DNA of 63,627 bases, the filler included, from Choristocarpus tenellus KU-1152 (lineage: Eukaryota; Protista; Phaeophyceae), in assembly GCA_964200185.2 (NCBI GenBank). It is 9 parts of 9 records of this genome, joined end to end, with 100 filler letters (N's around TTAATTAATTAA, not from the genome) between each part and the next. Parts side by side here need not be neighbours in the genome. Positions count along the whole stretch, not along the records: positions 22,997 to 27,100 come from CAXNAD020016187.1; positions 27,201 to 30,117 come from CAXNAD020023667.1; positions 30,218 to 36,856 come from CAXNAD020007687.1; positions 36,957 to 59,036 come from CAXNAD020000303.1; 5 more parts are not named here. One strand, written 5' to 3'. A model generated the notes under the pieces. That model searched no databases, was not told the origin of the DNA, and saw only the letters and a program-made list of their open reading frames with translations. The position numbers and the translations under genes were made by a program. Below are positions 26,741 through 39,171 of the stretch, piece by piece. Position 1 is the first letter of the stretch, and every line of letters begins with the position of its first letter.

Positions 26741-27080
26741 ATATTGACACAAAGATTCCTTTTACTTCTCTTTTGGCGCATAGATATCGCGCTACAGCTG
26801 TCCCATAAATATGCATATCAATGAAAAGCCTTCCGCGTATATTTTTATTACAACATCTCATTACCATGATGGTTTTCAATGTCTCAGGCATTGAAGGTTT
26901 CAGTGCAGTCAACTGTGGGTTGTGGTTGACCCTTGCACAAATTGGCATTGGGACAAATCCTTAAACATTCGCTTTGTGCTCGCCTGTGACAACAATTATT
27001 GGCACATATCTGTGTTGGATTTGCCTCATTTCTTGCTTTCCTATCTGCAATACCAAGCTCTGTGGGCACCATTCCTTACA

Positions 27081-27100
27081 GGGACAAAGTATCTGGGGGG
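27081..27100. mobile_element. MITE family B terminus at contig end
   Basis: gggacaaagtatctgggggg runs directly into the gap. Confidence 0.6.
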
Positions 27101-28749
27101 NNNNNNNNNNNNNNNNNNNNNNNNNNNNNNNNNNNNNNNNNNNNTTAATTAATTAANNNNNNNNNNNNNNNNNNNNNNNNNNNNNNNNNNNNNNNNNNNN
27201 GCGGTCCGTTAAGGGAGGGGGGGGAGGGGGGGAGGTAGGGGGGGATTTCAAGTGTTACCTTTCGGGGTGGAGGTTAGTGTCAGTTGGATGTGACATGTAA
27301 TGAGGAAGAAAGATGCTGAGATTCGGTAACTGAAGCAAGACCAAGAGGAGGGGAAAGGTAAGATAAAAATAGAGGCGTTTTTTGGACAAAATCACCTTCA
27401 AGAATATCTTGTTACTACCTGGCAACCGGATGGTCTTGGTCTGAAAATACACATCTATTCATCCTACTATTCTGATGGAATCGTACGACTCCAGTGGTAA
27501 ATTGCACATTCGGCAATTTTGTGTACATGTAAGGGTGAAAACAGGATGGAATCGTAACACATTGTACTGTGCCTAAAGGGTATCACGCACAATCGAGGGG
27601 GTGATCAAGTGGTAGCTGATATTGTACAGCACATCTCTCGATTAATCTTCTTTTCCCTTACTCCTGATCCCCCTAAATCCCTTCCTCCGCACCTATCCCC
27701 TAACACAATTGATGTATGTGTTGTGGAGACATTTCTCGGTTATTGACTTCCTTTGATTCCAATTTGAAGTTTATCCTTACTTCACATAATCCAATCCTAA
27801 GGAGGCAAATGCATACGAAACAAAGAGGATGACCAACCCCCCCTTCCTGTCCTCTCCTTGATTCCCTTCCCTCTACAGACTCAATCATCCCACTGGGAAT
27901 GTCGCCTCTTTTCCAAAGGGCATCAGTAGTGTAAAGGAATAACCGGAACTCTCACACTGTCAAGGTATGGGATAGATACTTGTCGCCCGACAGCATCCAG
28001 ACCTTCTGCCAGGCCCTGAGGGAGTTTCATGGTAAGGCGTTGAAGAAAGGGTCTCGGTTTCTAGGCGGATTTGAGTTCATTATATGTGGGAGAAAATGTT
28101 GCAATATTTTTCATATGCAGTCATGAAACTTTAGGAAGGTGAGTGTGGGCCAAATGTTTGAGTTGGTTCTGATATAGTTTTGCTCTTTCCTCGGATGTTG
28201 GTGGCCCTATGGCTGCCCTGCAAGAGATAGAGGATGGCGTTCTATTCTGTGGACATTCGTAATGTTCACAGCTCCACTTCAACTTGTTGAGTTTGTTCTA
28301 GATGCATGTCAGTCAGTTGGGATGTTGGAGAATGCTTTGATGTATTTGGAGGGTGTCCCTTGTTGCTGGGTCGTGTCAAATTTATTGTGAAAAACAGATA
28401 TCCCTTTCAGTGACATCTAATATGTATTGAAGAACCAGTTATTTGAAGAAGTTGTGTTTAAATGAAACCAATTGTGTTGTGACTAGCCACATCTTGTATT
28501 GTGCTGCTTTCTACACCCTAGAGGCAAAAGCTTGGCATATTTGTGGCTCAAAGTATTTGGGGGGGAGGGAGTCTACATCAGGGTGTCAGGCCCTGAACAG
28601 GAGAAGTGCACTTGCATTATCCATCCGACGCATGCAAACAAATTCACCCAGAAAAATTGACATGGAAAATGAACCCAAAGGACAGCCTCCACTCCCCCTC
28701 CGGATACTTTCTGCCTCTGCGTCTTTTTCTCTTCAAGCCTCAAACCAAC

Positions 28750-28899
28750 CTCAGTGGTGATTACCCCTGCTCCTTCCAAGTCAAGGAGGGTAAATAAAGA
28801 GCGGTAGACATTGACCTCATCTTCATCCATTTCAATATGCCGCACAATGAGAGTAACACGACTTTCTGTAGAGAGCTCACGGAGGAGTTTTGCTTGGGC
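28750..28899 (-). CDS. Isolated exon encoding an EF-hand-like motif
   Basis: cag|AQAKLLRELSTESRVTLIVRHIEMDEDEVNVYRSLFTLLDLEGAGVITTE|gt, 150 nt in frame. F..LD.EG.G.I pattern of an EF-hand loop. Confidence 0.55.
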
Positions 28900-30051
28900 C
28901 TGCAAGAGAGAGGCACCACCAAGTTGGTCAGTACAGGGGGCTCTTTTCAGACAAGCAACAGGAAAAAAAGAATACTCGAGGGTCATGGTTGTGGCCTATG
29001 ATGTGGATCATTCATAACAAATTGATTTTTTTTGGTGCTGAACACGCGAAACGCTCAGTGGTAGGCCCAGCGCACTGTATTATAATTGAATAAACAGAGT
29101 ACATCAGCAAAATTACATAACAAAGTTCAAACCTCAATAAAATGATGTATTCAAAGTACATACTCCTTTGAAATTTTGTATGCAGAGTACATACTTCAGT
29201 ACGAATATATGTACAAAGCGCATATTTCAAAATAGTGAACACATTCAAGTAAGATTTATTTTCTAGTTTAGTCTGTAGTTTCAATAGGCCTCAGGTAATG
29301 TCCCAGTCTACAGTTGGAGTTCCATTTTTGACATTTCGGTTGCAGATGTTGCTTTGGCTTCATGGTACAGTTGCAGTTTGGATACTGACAGTATGGTTAC
29401 CGTTCTACCTATTTCCCCTATGGTGAACAATGATGGCGATATTCCCCTTCCATGGTTGAGCATGGCAATGACTGGGGCTCTAAACCATGTTGTGCACAGT
29501 ATTACACGTCAACCATGGTTATATATAAATAATATCATATTATGTATATTGATGCCCTCATTATATAGGTCTTAACACGGAGAATAAATAGAAGTGTAAC
29601 AGTAGCAGGGCAACAATTGAACGTGAAAGACTCACTCAGTACTAAATAATAAGATGATACAATATATTATATGTTCAACATACAGACATGAAATTTCATG
29701 CAACTTACATAATTCTAGTACTGGCACACATAGAGAGAGTAGTAATTTCCAAAAGGTCAGTGAGCAGAGTTATAAAATGGAGTAGTAACACACATTTAAT
29801 CGGTAAGCCTACCACTAGACAGTATGGTTATTCGATGGTCATGTTAAATACTCAGTACAGTCAATGTGCTAGATACTACCTGGACGATAGATTATGGAAG
29901 GATAAAACGAACTCATAGTGACCACAATACCATTACGAAATTATTACGGTTGTACATGGTCTTCCAATGTTGCCACAGTTATCAAGGGCCCAGTTGTAGA
30001 ATTCCGACGATAGCATTAAGGTATCAACCAACTATGGACGGTTTTCCCACC

Positions 30052-30117
30052 GACCCAAATCATCTGGGAGGGGGGGGGGGGGGGGGGGAAAAACCGAGGG
30101 CGCCCTTTTGGGAAAAA
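30052..30117. mobile_element. MITE family B left end at contig end
   Basis: gacccaaatcatctgggagggg(G)n. Confidence 0.5.
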
Positions 30118-30217
30118 NNNNNNNNNNNNNNNNNNNNNNNNNNNNNNNNNNNNNNNNNNNNTTAATTAATTAANNNNNNNNNNNNNNNNNNNNNNNNNNN
30201 NNNNNNNNNNNNNNNNN

Positions 30218-30370
30218 CCAAATGGACGCGGCTCTACCCTCTAAGATACTTTGGCTCTTAGGTAACTGTGTTATTCAGAAAACCAAAAAAGGGCATTATA
30301 AACCTGTGGGAAGCCAAGCTCTGAACAGACAAACAGGGCAAACTTCCTACCCTCTTAAATGTTTTGACTC
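30218..30370. mobile_element. Nested MITE ends: a family A end (30218-30257) inserted at TTA inside a family A' copy (30258-30370)
   Basis: taccctctaagatactttggctc is followed by ttaggtaact...cctaccctcttaaatgttttgactc. The uninterrupted host sequence ttttaggtaact is seen at 44776-44787. Confidence 0.7.
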
Positions 30371-30587
30371 AGCACTAGAATTCTGCATACACACAAGAAG
30401 GAAGGAAGGAAGGCAGTTTCCCATTACTCTCCAATGAGAAACATCCATTCTTCTGGTGTCCCATTTGATATCCTGACCGACATGGAAAAGTAGAATATTG
30501 TCAAGTTCAATAGGGCATGCAATACATGGGACTGATCACTACCATCTGTATCCTTCTTCCTGACCTGTGCTTGTGAACAGTTCTCAC

Positions 30588-33489
30588 CTCCATTGATGAG
30601 CACAAATGTATCCCAAAGCCTCTGTTTGTTATTGAGGCGGGTTTCACCACCCATGAAGGTGTGCCATTACCAGTACTCACGGAGGATGCTGATTGGCACA
30701 CTGAAGTGGAACTAGAGGGAGACTTGATGGCATTGCATTTCTCGTTCTCAACTCCTTTACAAAGATGCATGAATCTCTGTCGGTCGTTTAGGTTCTGGTC
30801 TGTATGTGTGCCACAGCTTGCGTCACCTGAAGAGCAGCATTCCATTCCTTCTACACTTTCCTTTTCAGGTCTACCACTGGGCAGGTAGAATGTGAGGGGG
30901 ATGATGTCACTTAGTGGGAGAGTACACGCTTGCCCGCAGTAGGACTTGAGGCTGAGGTAGAGTCCCTGCGCATGAAGGTGGGGAAACATGTACTTGGTAT
31001 CAGGACTTGCATTTAAATTGATACTATGGGATCATGACTCTTTGGAGGAATAAGCTTTTTGGTGACGAGCAGGTGCTTGAGGGCACATGAGGGGTGTTGA
31101 GGGACAAACCCCCTAGTGTGGAAGGCGTGTGTGCATTATGTATAGTGATCTGAATTTCTCCTCATAGGTAGCTGAGTTGTACCAAGTTTGAGATGAAGGA
31201 GATATTGTAACAAAAACAACAATAAAAACAATGTAATGCAGAAAGGGTACAGTTAGAGTATGTCACAATCAGTCAACAGGATGCCTTCACCCTACAAGAC
31301 ACTCATTGTTCTTGATGTTGGCATGACTGGGGTCGAAAGAGCACACTAATTTTTCTTATCTCAGTGAGCGCACTCTTGCTGGTTTAGGTGACTTGCTTGC
31401 TGTCAATATGTGGACCTGTATACGGACTCTTAGGACTAAAGTGCGAAAGGTGAAGCAGATGTGAAGGTCGTGCATGATGTGGAGGCTGAAGGGAGCGTAT
31501 GTGCATTCTCGGCCAAATGTAGAGTAAAATGGAGGCTAATTAATTGGACTTCAATGATCCAGAGTCAGTGCGATAGATTGGGACCATGGTGTAGCTGATT
31601 GGCATTGATTCGGCTACAAAGGACTCCAAGGAGATAGACAAATAGAACTCTAGCATGTGCTTTGCTGGTGTAATCTACAAGTGAGGAGAAGATGATGCTT
31701 TGTGGCTGAGATGAAGGCGGGCTACAAACCACTCGCTTGAGAAGGGGTGGGACAGCACACATCCTTCACATTGATTCAAAGTAACATGGCATATGAAGCC
31801 AAACGAAAAATATATTACTTTTTGTGCTTGAAATACTTTGAGCTCGAGGCAATGAACAACAAATAATTCACCCAACTGGTCAAACACTGAACCCAAGGTA
31901 TTGTGATAATGACATGAGCTTCCACACACTGTGCTTCATCCACAATATGCATGGATCCACTGTATGAATGCTCTTTGCCTGTGCTTCAATCTATTTCAAA
32001 GGGACTAGGCAGCCTGTCTTTGCTGAGTTAAAAGATTGTATCGGTAACATGCAGGGCGCTGGCAGTCGATGTTTTCTCAGGCTATGCTAACACTAGTAGT
32101 AGGGCCTCAATAATGCTCTGCTTGACGGATCACAAGGGAGGGGTTGGTAATGTTTGAGGTTTTATATTATTTTGCCTCACCTTCTTTGAGACGAGAGTAG
32201 AGTTGGAGTCGAAATGATTGACGACCTGCCTCACGCCAGGGTGTGTGCTGACACCTCGGATTACTGACCGAGACCCGCTCATATCCCACCACAAGTTGTA
32301 TTTACTGAAACTACTACTTGGCTTTCGATCATGTCCACCATTGTTGGCACCTTTACTGCTTTTCATGTACCCTCCAACACTGCTGATACTATCCTCCCTA
32401 TGTGCTGGTCCCCACCATGGTCGTCGACGCAGAGCAGCAAGAACAGCACGGGAATTGTTTCCAGGTATAACAACATACTGTTCGAGAGTTGATGGGAGAG
32501 GAAGGAAGGTACAGAGAGTCTCAGGGTCATTTCCTTTACTTTGCTGGATTTTTCTCACCTTTATCAGCTGGAGCTAAGACTCATATACTAAGGCTAGTGT
32601 CAAGTACAGTATTTAGCACGATATACCCCCAGAATGTTTGACAGAATGTCAGAGACAAGAGGACCGGGAGCACCTCCCTCAATTCCAGAGAAATAAGTGA
32701 TAGAAATATATGTGCTATTATTTTGCTTGATTGCAAACGTCCGAAATGCTAAGGAGTGCCTCTCCCTCTCTGATACTTGGATATATGTATCATGCGCTCG
32801 AGTGTGGCATGTTACTACGCACAAAAAAACAGGTGTTTCTAGTGTGGATAACTTCTCGACGCACCTTGTAGCATACTGGTAGGGTGTGAGTCCTTCTTCT
32901 TATCAACCGGCGATCTGAATGTGAAATCACAGTATCTATGATGGGTAGGGTGTTCGACCTCTTTACCATTGGTGGTCGCCAGGGAGACGATTCTGTGAGA
33001 CTGGGCGTCGTTTCTGGTCTGTTTCCCTCTCTTATGTCAGAGGGTGCATATAGATAGGGACAGCATTAAAGGTAAGCTGCCTTTTTGCATCGAGTTTCTA
33101 CATGAAGCCAGGACAGAGTGGGTGGTGGTAACAACTTTCTCTGCACAGATATTTTTACGAAAATATTGTAGATTGTTGAGGAAATTTCAGAAGCCCGAGA
33201 GAGGAGCCAGGGAAATACAGGAAAGCGACATCAACCCGACAGTGCTATTCTCCTTCCTAGCACTTGTCACTCGCCTCTCGGCCTGCGCTTTTATCGGTGC
33301 AGATTCTCTCCGTAGGTTCTTCCTGAGAACATTCGAAGACTCAAGTCTCGTTTTTGTGCTACCAACGCCCACATCGGTGGACGCGGAGTTAGGTCTAACA
33401 TAATCAGACGCAGTTGCTTCTTGTGTGAGTGCTAATGATGGGAGTAGAGGGTCAACAATTTTTTCGTTACCACTGCCAACCAGTGACAT
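30588..33489 (-). CDS. Tubulin-tyrosine-ligase-like (TTLL) protein, 5' part; the gene runs off the contig
   Basis: Exon ~32573-32181: YVVIPGNNSRAVLAALRRRPWW...YNLWW...QVVNHFDSNSTLVSKK. Exon 30965-30588: GLYLSLKSYC...IIPLTFYL...WVVKPASITNRGFGIHL. These are TTL-domain motifs. Upstream low-complexity exons start from the ATG at 33489. Confidence 0.85.
31300..32080 (-). mobile_element. RTE-clade LINE RT remnant in a TTLL intron
   Basis: NQCEGCVLSHPF (~31740-31780) resembles the GLRQGCVLSPLLF motif. The surrounding frames are broken. Confidence 0.35.
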
Positions 33490-34026
33490 AGGACAGTGAG
33501 GTGTAATCCTAGCCCTTCAATTGAGAACAGACGAGCAAGTTCTACCCCACCTCATTCTTCCCAAATCGTCGTTTCAAAATGTGAGACTTCCCACGGTCTG
33601 TAAACGCCCAGAGTTGGAATTCAAATTCAAACAAGAGGTATTACAATGGAGGAACGCAGGGACTCCTCAACATGATCCTACGGTCGCGACTAGGGTTCTG
33701 TAGAGGACAGTGGCGTTGTCCTCATCGATGCCTTACCATCCCGAGGGAAGGTCACGAGTGTGAGAGAATACATGCAACCTTCAACGGAGAGAGAGAGAGA
33801 GTACTGGGACAAACCGTGTCCTCATTGTAGAGTCGTATCGTACCAACCAGTCAACCTTTTTCGCCTTGTGCCATCCCTACGAGGAGTTGATCTAATAACT
33901 TGAACAAAAAATAAGGGCATTTCACCTCTATGTACACTACGTTGTAGACCCCAATCCACCCAAGAGGCTGAGCATGATGTCGAAAGTCAGTGCCTTACCG
34001 AGGTCCCTATCCCCTCTCCGATATCC

Positions 34027-35246
34027 ATGATCACTCGAATCAATACTGCGTGTATCACAGCTTGGTCTATCCTACGTCCTTACCAGTCTGCGGTAATCGA
34101 GCGAGCAGTGGCGTTATATGAGAGTGGGAAACGACGCCTTCTGGTACCTTTGGCGACTGGATTGGGCAAGACAGTGGTCTTCACTCATCTTCCACAGGTG
34201 AGGGATGTGAGGGAATTTTTTTCCCCTGGAAGGTGCTGCTGCTTCTCAGTATGGGTAGTGATTAATGAACTTCTACCATGATGGAGTAAAAAATCGCAAA
34301 GAACTCGCAATACTTCACCGAGAGTAACCATTGGACCATTCAGTCCCTCGAGTGCCTTGACTTTTGATCAGCTTTAAGCATGTACTCATACCTTTTTCCA
34401 ACCTACAGGCGTTCCCTTCACTCTGCAAAAAAGGAACCCTTGTCCTAGTTCACCGGGATGAGCTTGTGATTCAGGTGGGCGTGTTAAGGTTAGGGTTTGG
34501 GTTAGGGTTAGTTGAAAGCAATGTTTTTCCTGCTGTTCATCAAAGGTTGGTTGGTTGGTGATATGAAAACTTCTTGTATTCAATCCGGGTTGTTGGAGTG
34601 CAGCATTGGATTGGGTAGTGTAGGTGTGGAGGATATACGAGTAAGAACTAGACCACAAGAACCCAAGTTTTTCTGCCGCCGTCGCTGCCTCTGCCTCTTG
34701 GAAGGTTGCCATTTTGGGTCTTGGCAAAGATACAGGTATTAATTGCAGCCATACAGCTCTAGGATAGTCTCTGTCTCTGACCAGGGTAAATCTTTTGGAT
34801 TGCAGTGGTACCATCTCTGCAACAGACCTAACAATATGCAGTCCAATATGTCATGTTCATGTTGGGGTCTTTAGAGAACCATGTCATCCACACCTTGAAC
34901 CTCAACTGTACAAAGTGTAATACTTTTGATGTAGCATTACCTAGGAACTCAGTCACGGACAGCTCTTCGCATGAGTGCTTATGAATGATGAGAACTCACT
35001 GTGAATCTGAACCCTGACATGTTGCTCCCCCTCAAAATGAAAATGTTCCCCCTGAACGTTTATAGGCACATCAGGTTTTAGGTTGACGCTGGTTTAACCA
35101 TGGCCGTTTGTACCACTACTCCTTACCCCCCCCCATACCTACACTCTTTGTTGCATCAGGCAGTGTCAACGGTAAGGCGCTTCCTACCCCACTTGACTGT
35201 AGGAGTAGAAAAGGGACAGGAGACTGCTGGTCCTGAGTTTGATCTG
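34027..35246 (+). CDS. IRC3: IRC3-like superfamily-2 DExH helicase, 5' exons 34027-34197, 34409-34474, 35160-35246
   Basis: Q motif LRPYQ; Walker A LLVPLATGLGKTVVF; motif Ia TLVLVHRDELVIQ|A; LTVGVEKG. Three in-frame exons with GT-AG junctions. The start codon is uncertain. Confidence 0.8.
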
Positions 35247-35534
35247 GTGAGGAACTGTCAGCACTATTAACACCAAACAATATATTACTATTACTTCATT
35301 ATCGTTATACCATTAATATTCTACCATTAATATTCTACCATTGATTTTGTACTATCATTATCGTTATACCGTTAGTATTCTACCATTAATATTTACACAA
35401 ATCATATTACTCTGTGAGTATTTTCCCTTAAATACTATGCACTAAGAATTATACTTCTGAGGCAGAAGAAACCACAAGGCGCTCTTGATCACGACAACCA
35501 CTGGGTCATGATGACAGTCAAAGGGTGCATGCAT

Positions 35535-35645
35535 AGTACATATTACATTAGTACACATTACATAAGTACACATTGCATTGGTATACATTACATTGGTACA
35601 CATTACATTGGTATACATTACATTAGTACACATTACATTAGTACA
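35535..35645. repeat. 15-bp minisatellite (GTACACATTACATT[A/G]) x~7
   Basis: Directly visible tandem units. Confidence 0.9.
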
Positions 35646-36956
35646 AAACACGGCTATGTATCAAACACTTGACCAAACAAAACTGAGCAGTGACCATGCT
35701 TGTTCTTCAATGCCATGTCTGGATAGTATTGAGGCTAGGGTTAGCGCTTTCACTGGCAGTGCCTGAAATATGAGGAGTGAGAACCACCGGCTAGCAGGAA
35801 CGTATGACCTTACAAGAAATAAAATCAAGGATAATCTAAGCAATATATGTATGTATATATTATTGATGTTCATGTCCAAGAGTTCCCCTCATCCTCATGC
35901 CAGCCTTCTAACTAAACCATTTCAAAGTTTTTTTCATTTTTTCTGCTTTCAAGTATTTCACATGTTTTTCGTGCATTGAGGATATATAGCTGCTGCCCAG
36001 CAGAGGGTCTATGAATGGGGCACTACTACTCCAATACATTCTAGGAGTAACCAAAAGACTGGCAGGCGGTATAAGGGACATGGCAATTACTAAGCTTTTG
36101 AATGAAAGAGGGTGATTGAGGTGACGTGTGTGATTTGGGGACAGGATTGCTTTGCCACCCAACTTTCTATCTTTATTTAACAAGTGTTTTTGCCTAGCTT
36201 TCCTTACATGTTTTTTGTTGTGTTGTCTGTACACAGATACATTCTCATAAAAAGAAGTAAAATATGCATTTTTACCAGAAATATTATTTTATTTCTCAAT
36301 AGTAGGGAATATACTCTATTGAAAAACTTTTGTGTGTCTGAACTTTGCCTGGTAACCCCTTCTCCTGCTCACACTGCACTCCTTCACCTACTTTTTTCAA
36401 ACTTGGGTTTGGGTTAAGATTAGGGCTAGGGCTAGGGCTAGAGCTAGGATAGTCTGTAAATTGTGTTAACTGTTGTCTTAATCTTGCTGTGGCGAAGGAG
36501 GGGGGTGGAATTTCAAATGAGATGGCAAGGCAATCTCTCCCTCTCCCTCTGTGCAGTGTGCATAGATCATAACTAACGGCTTACCTGTTGCAGCATTGTT
36601 GATAATAATAAAAATATCACAATTTGATAGTTTCAGGTTGTGATAGTTTTGGAGTAAGACAGTACTCAGAACTGTTCAAGTAGTTGCATACCAATCGATC
36701 CAAGTCTATGTCCATTTCCTGTAGATGCATATGACTCTTGGCGGTTGTATCAAATGAGGTATTGGCGGCTCAGGAGGCTGTCTGCCCCCCCCCCCCCCCC
36801 ACCACCCCCACCCCCGCCTGCCCCCCCCGCCGCTGCTGCCCTACCTCCGCTCGTTCNNNNNNNNNNNNNNNNNNNNNNNNNNNNNNNNNNNNNNNNNNNN
36901 TTAATTAATTAANNNNNNNNNNNNNNNNNNNNNNNNNNNNNNNNNNNNNNNNNNNN

Positions 36957-36996
36957 CCAAATGGACAGCCGCCACCCCCTCCCAGATACTTAGAGC
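36957..36996. mobile_element. MITE family B right end at contig start
   Basis: ccaaatggacagccgccacccctcccagatacttagagcc. Confidence 0.7.
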
Positions 36997-37689
36997 CTGG
37001 TACCGTGAACTAAATCAATCCGAAATGGAGAGGGTGTGTTGATCTGATGTATTATATTAGAGAAGAAACAGCGATTTATTAATTAAAGGAAGTGAATACA
37101 TGTTTATGTATGTATGTATTTCATTATTATTTGATTTTTTATTTCAAATTTATATTTTTTTATTTGAGGTCTTGTATGAGTACAGTACTAACTGCATTTC
37201 CGTAGCATGATCGCTGAAGTTCAGAAAACACATAACTATATATTGTGAAAACATTACTATATATTGTGAACAGTCGACTCTCGAGTGTGAGTTGCTTGTA
37301 TTTGTACTATTACTATTTTGAGTAAATATACTGTTGAGTACAGAAGTGTGCAGGTCCTGTACCTTGAAGATGTCACTTCAATCATCCCGTAGTACACTGG
37401 AGTCAGAACATACCAAAGTACGTATTGTGGCTCTCCCTTGTCATGGAACTAATGTTTATGGAGTGAGGGGGTGATGTGGGATATCATGGTCTGCCTCTAC
37501 ACTTGTGTTAATTTTGACTTTGTGTGTGTGTGTGTGTGTTTATGAAAATTTTATTTTATTTGTATTCTCGTTTGTAGGTACTAGTACTAGTAGTAGTAGT
37601 AGTAGTAGAGGTTGTGTGCCTTTTGATTCAGCAGAAACAGCAGCAGTAGTAGCAGTAATGGTAGTAATGGTAGTAATGGTAGTAGTAGT

Positions 37690-37871
37690 GGCTCAAAAGT
37701 ATTTGGGGGAGGGGGGGGGGGTCTACACCAGGGTGTCCATTCGGGCCCTGACCAAGAAAGTCCAATTATATTATCCATACAACGTATGCAACCAAATCAC
37801 ACAAAAATTGCGACGTGAAAAAATGGGCCCCAAATGGAGAGTCGCTACCCCCCCCCCAGATAATTTGAGTC
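37690..37871. mobile_element. MITE family B, full length, inserted in an (AGT)n microsatellite
   Basis: ggctcaaaagtattt(G)n ... (C)n agataatttgagtc; flanks AGT/AGT. Confidence 0.8.
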
Positions 37872-37897
37872 AGTATTAGTGGTAGTGGTAGTAGTAC

Positions 37898-37928
<31 letters not shown>

Positions 37929-38625
37929 GGTGGTAGTGGTGGTAGAAGGGTGTTACCCATTTCAGACATACCTATAAATGCAGTGGTTACGTATTTTTTT
38001 GTTTTGAATGCATTTTCCATTTACCTGGAAGGGTGTGTACCACAGGGTAATATATAAAATAGAAATGAAATAAATATAAGATTTCCAGGGTTGGTGGTTG
38101 GGTGATAGGTGACAGGTATGACTAACTCTGAAAGATTCTGAATGACAGTGTGTAGTCATCTATAGTACACGCTAGTACATACCGTGATAGGGGTATGCAT
38201 TCGTAGACAGTATTACTTACAACATCATACCAATCTGCCAAAACTCCCAATATCTGGGTGGTGGAAATTTGTTACCCTGGTGTTGGATTAATGTTAGAAT
38301 AGATGTGAGATGATTGACCGTACTTGTGTGATGTAATGCAATCGTTGACTTTTTTTAGTCTAGATTACAACCCATTCGTATTTTTTAATAAATCGATTTT
38401 TTTTTTTTGTGAGCTGGTTATTTCATGAGAAGACACTGATGGAGTACACCCCCAAACCCCTCCTTGTGTGTATCTGTTGCCGAACGATTTGTCAAAGGTA
38501 GTAACAGCAGTTGTCGGCAAAGAGCAGGTTGATTTTCGAAAATACACGACCAGGGTATGGACATTACATACACACACTCTGTGCTATTCCCTTCTCTGGG
38601 TCATCGAGAACGTTTCTCTTTGCTT

Positions 38626-38655
38626 TAACCCTAACCCTAACCCTAACCCTAACCC
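38626..38655. repeat. Interstitial telomere-type repeat (TAACCC)5
   Basis: taaccctaaccctaaccctaaccctaaccc. Shorter arrays occur at 5231, 15603, 21912, 34487 and 36405. Confidence 0.85.
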
Positions 38656-38873
38656 TATCCCTCAACAGTGCTCGTATGAATATCTCGAAATGATACCTAG
38701 CGTAAGTGTATATATGTTCTGGCTTGTCATGTTTGCTCTTGACAGTTTGCCAGCAGTTTCGCGTGTACGTCCCTTCATTTCATATGGTTAAAAAAATGAC
38801 GCAAATTTATTGCTTGTTTATTTCCCTTGGAAGTGAAGTTTGTACTGGTCTTGGCCACGTACCGAAGGTACTT

Positions 38874-39171
38874 GAGTCAAGGTGTAAGCGAGAGGCTACT
38901 CAGAGTTGTATTTTATGGATGGCGGCACGTATGTGCAAAACTCGACCATTTTTTTTTTTTCAGGCATGCGAATATATATAGGAATTTTTTGTTCTAATTT
39001 TGTTAAAATGTTTTCGAACGACAGAAAGGAAATAGAACCCTCTCAAGTTGAAGTTAGCACCTCATCCATCTCGTCCATCTCATAGAAATATGGATGAACT
39101 GAAAAAGATTGAAAACAGGCTTACAATGCAAAAACATCCAAAAACTGGGTGCCTTTTGCATGCTTTGACTC
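38874..39171. mobile_element. Candidate third MITE family (~300 bp) with GAGTCAA termini
   Basis: gagtcaaggtgtaagcgagaggc ... gccttttgcatgctttgactc form imperfect inverted ends. The interior is unrelated to families A and B. Confidence 0.45.

Noticed and set aside
35442-35651. ORF with repeated CTNVM/YTNVM pentapeptide; possible CRISPR-like array
   Set aside because: It is the translation of a 15-bp intronic minisatellite with no unique spacers and no cas genes.
38412-38554. In-frame TGA in an exon-like segment (possible selenocysteine)
   Set aside because: There is no redox-motif context, no recognisable SECIS element and no supported gene model.
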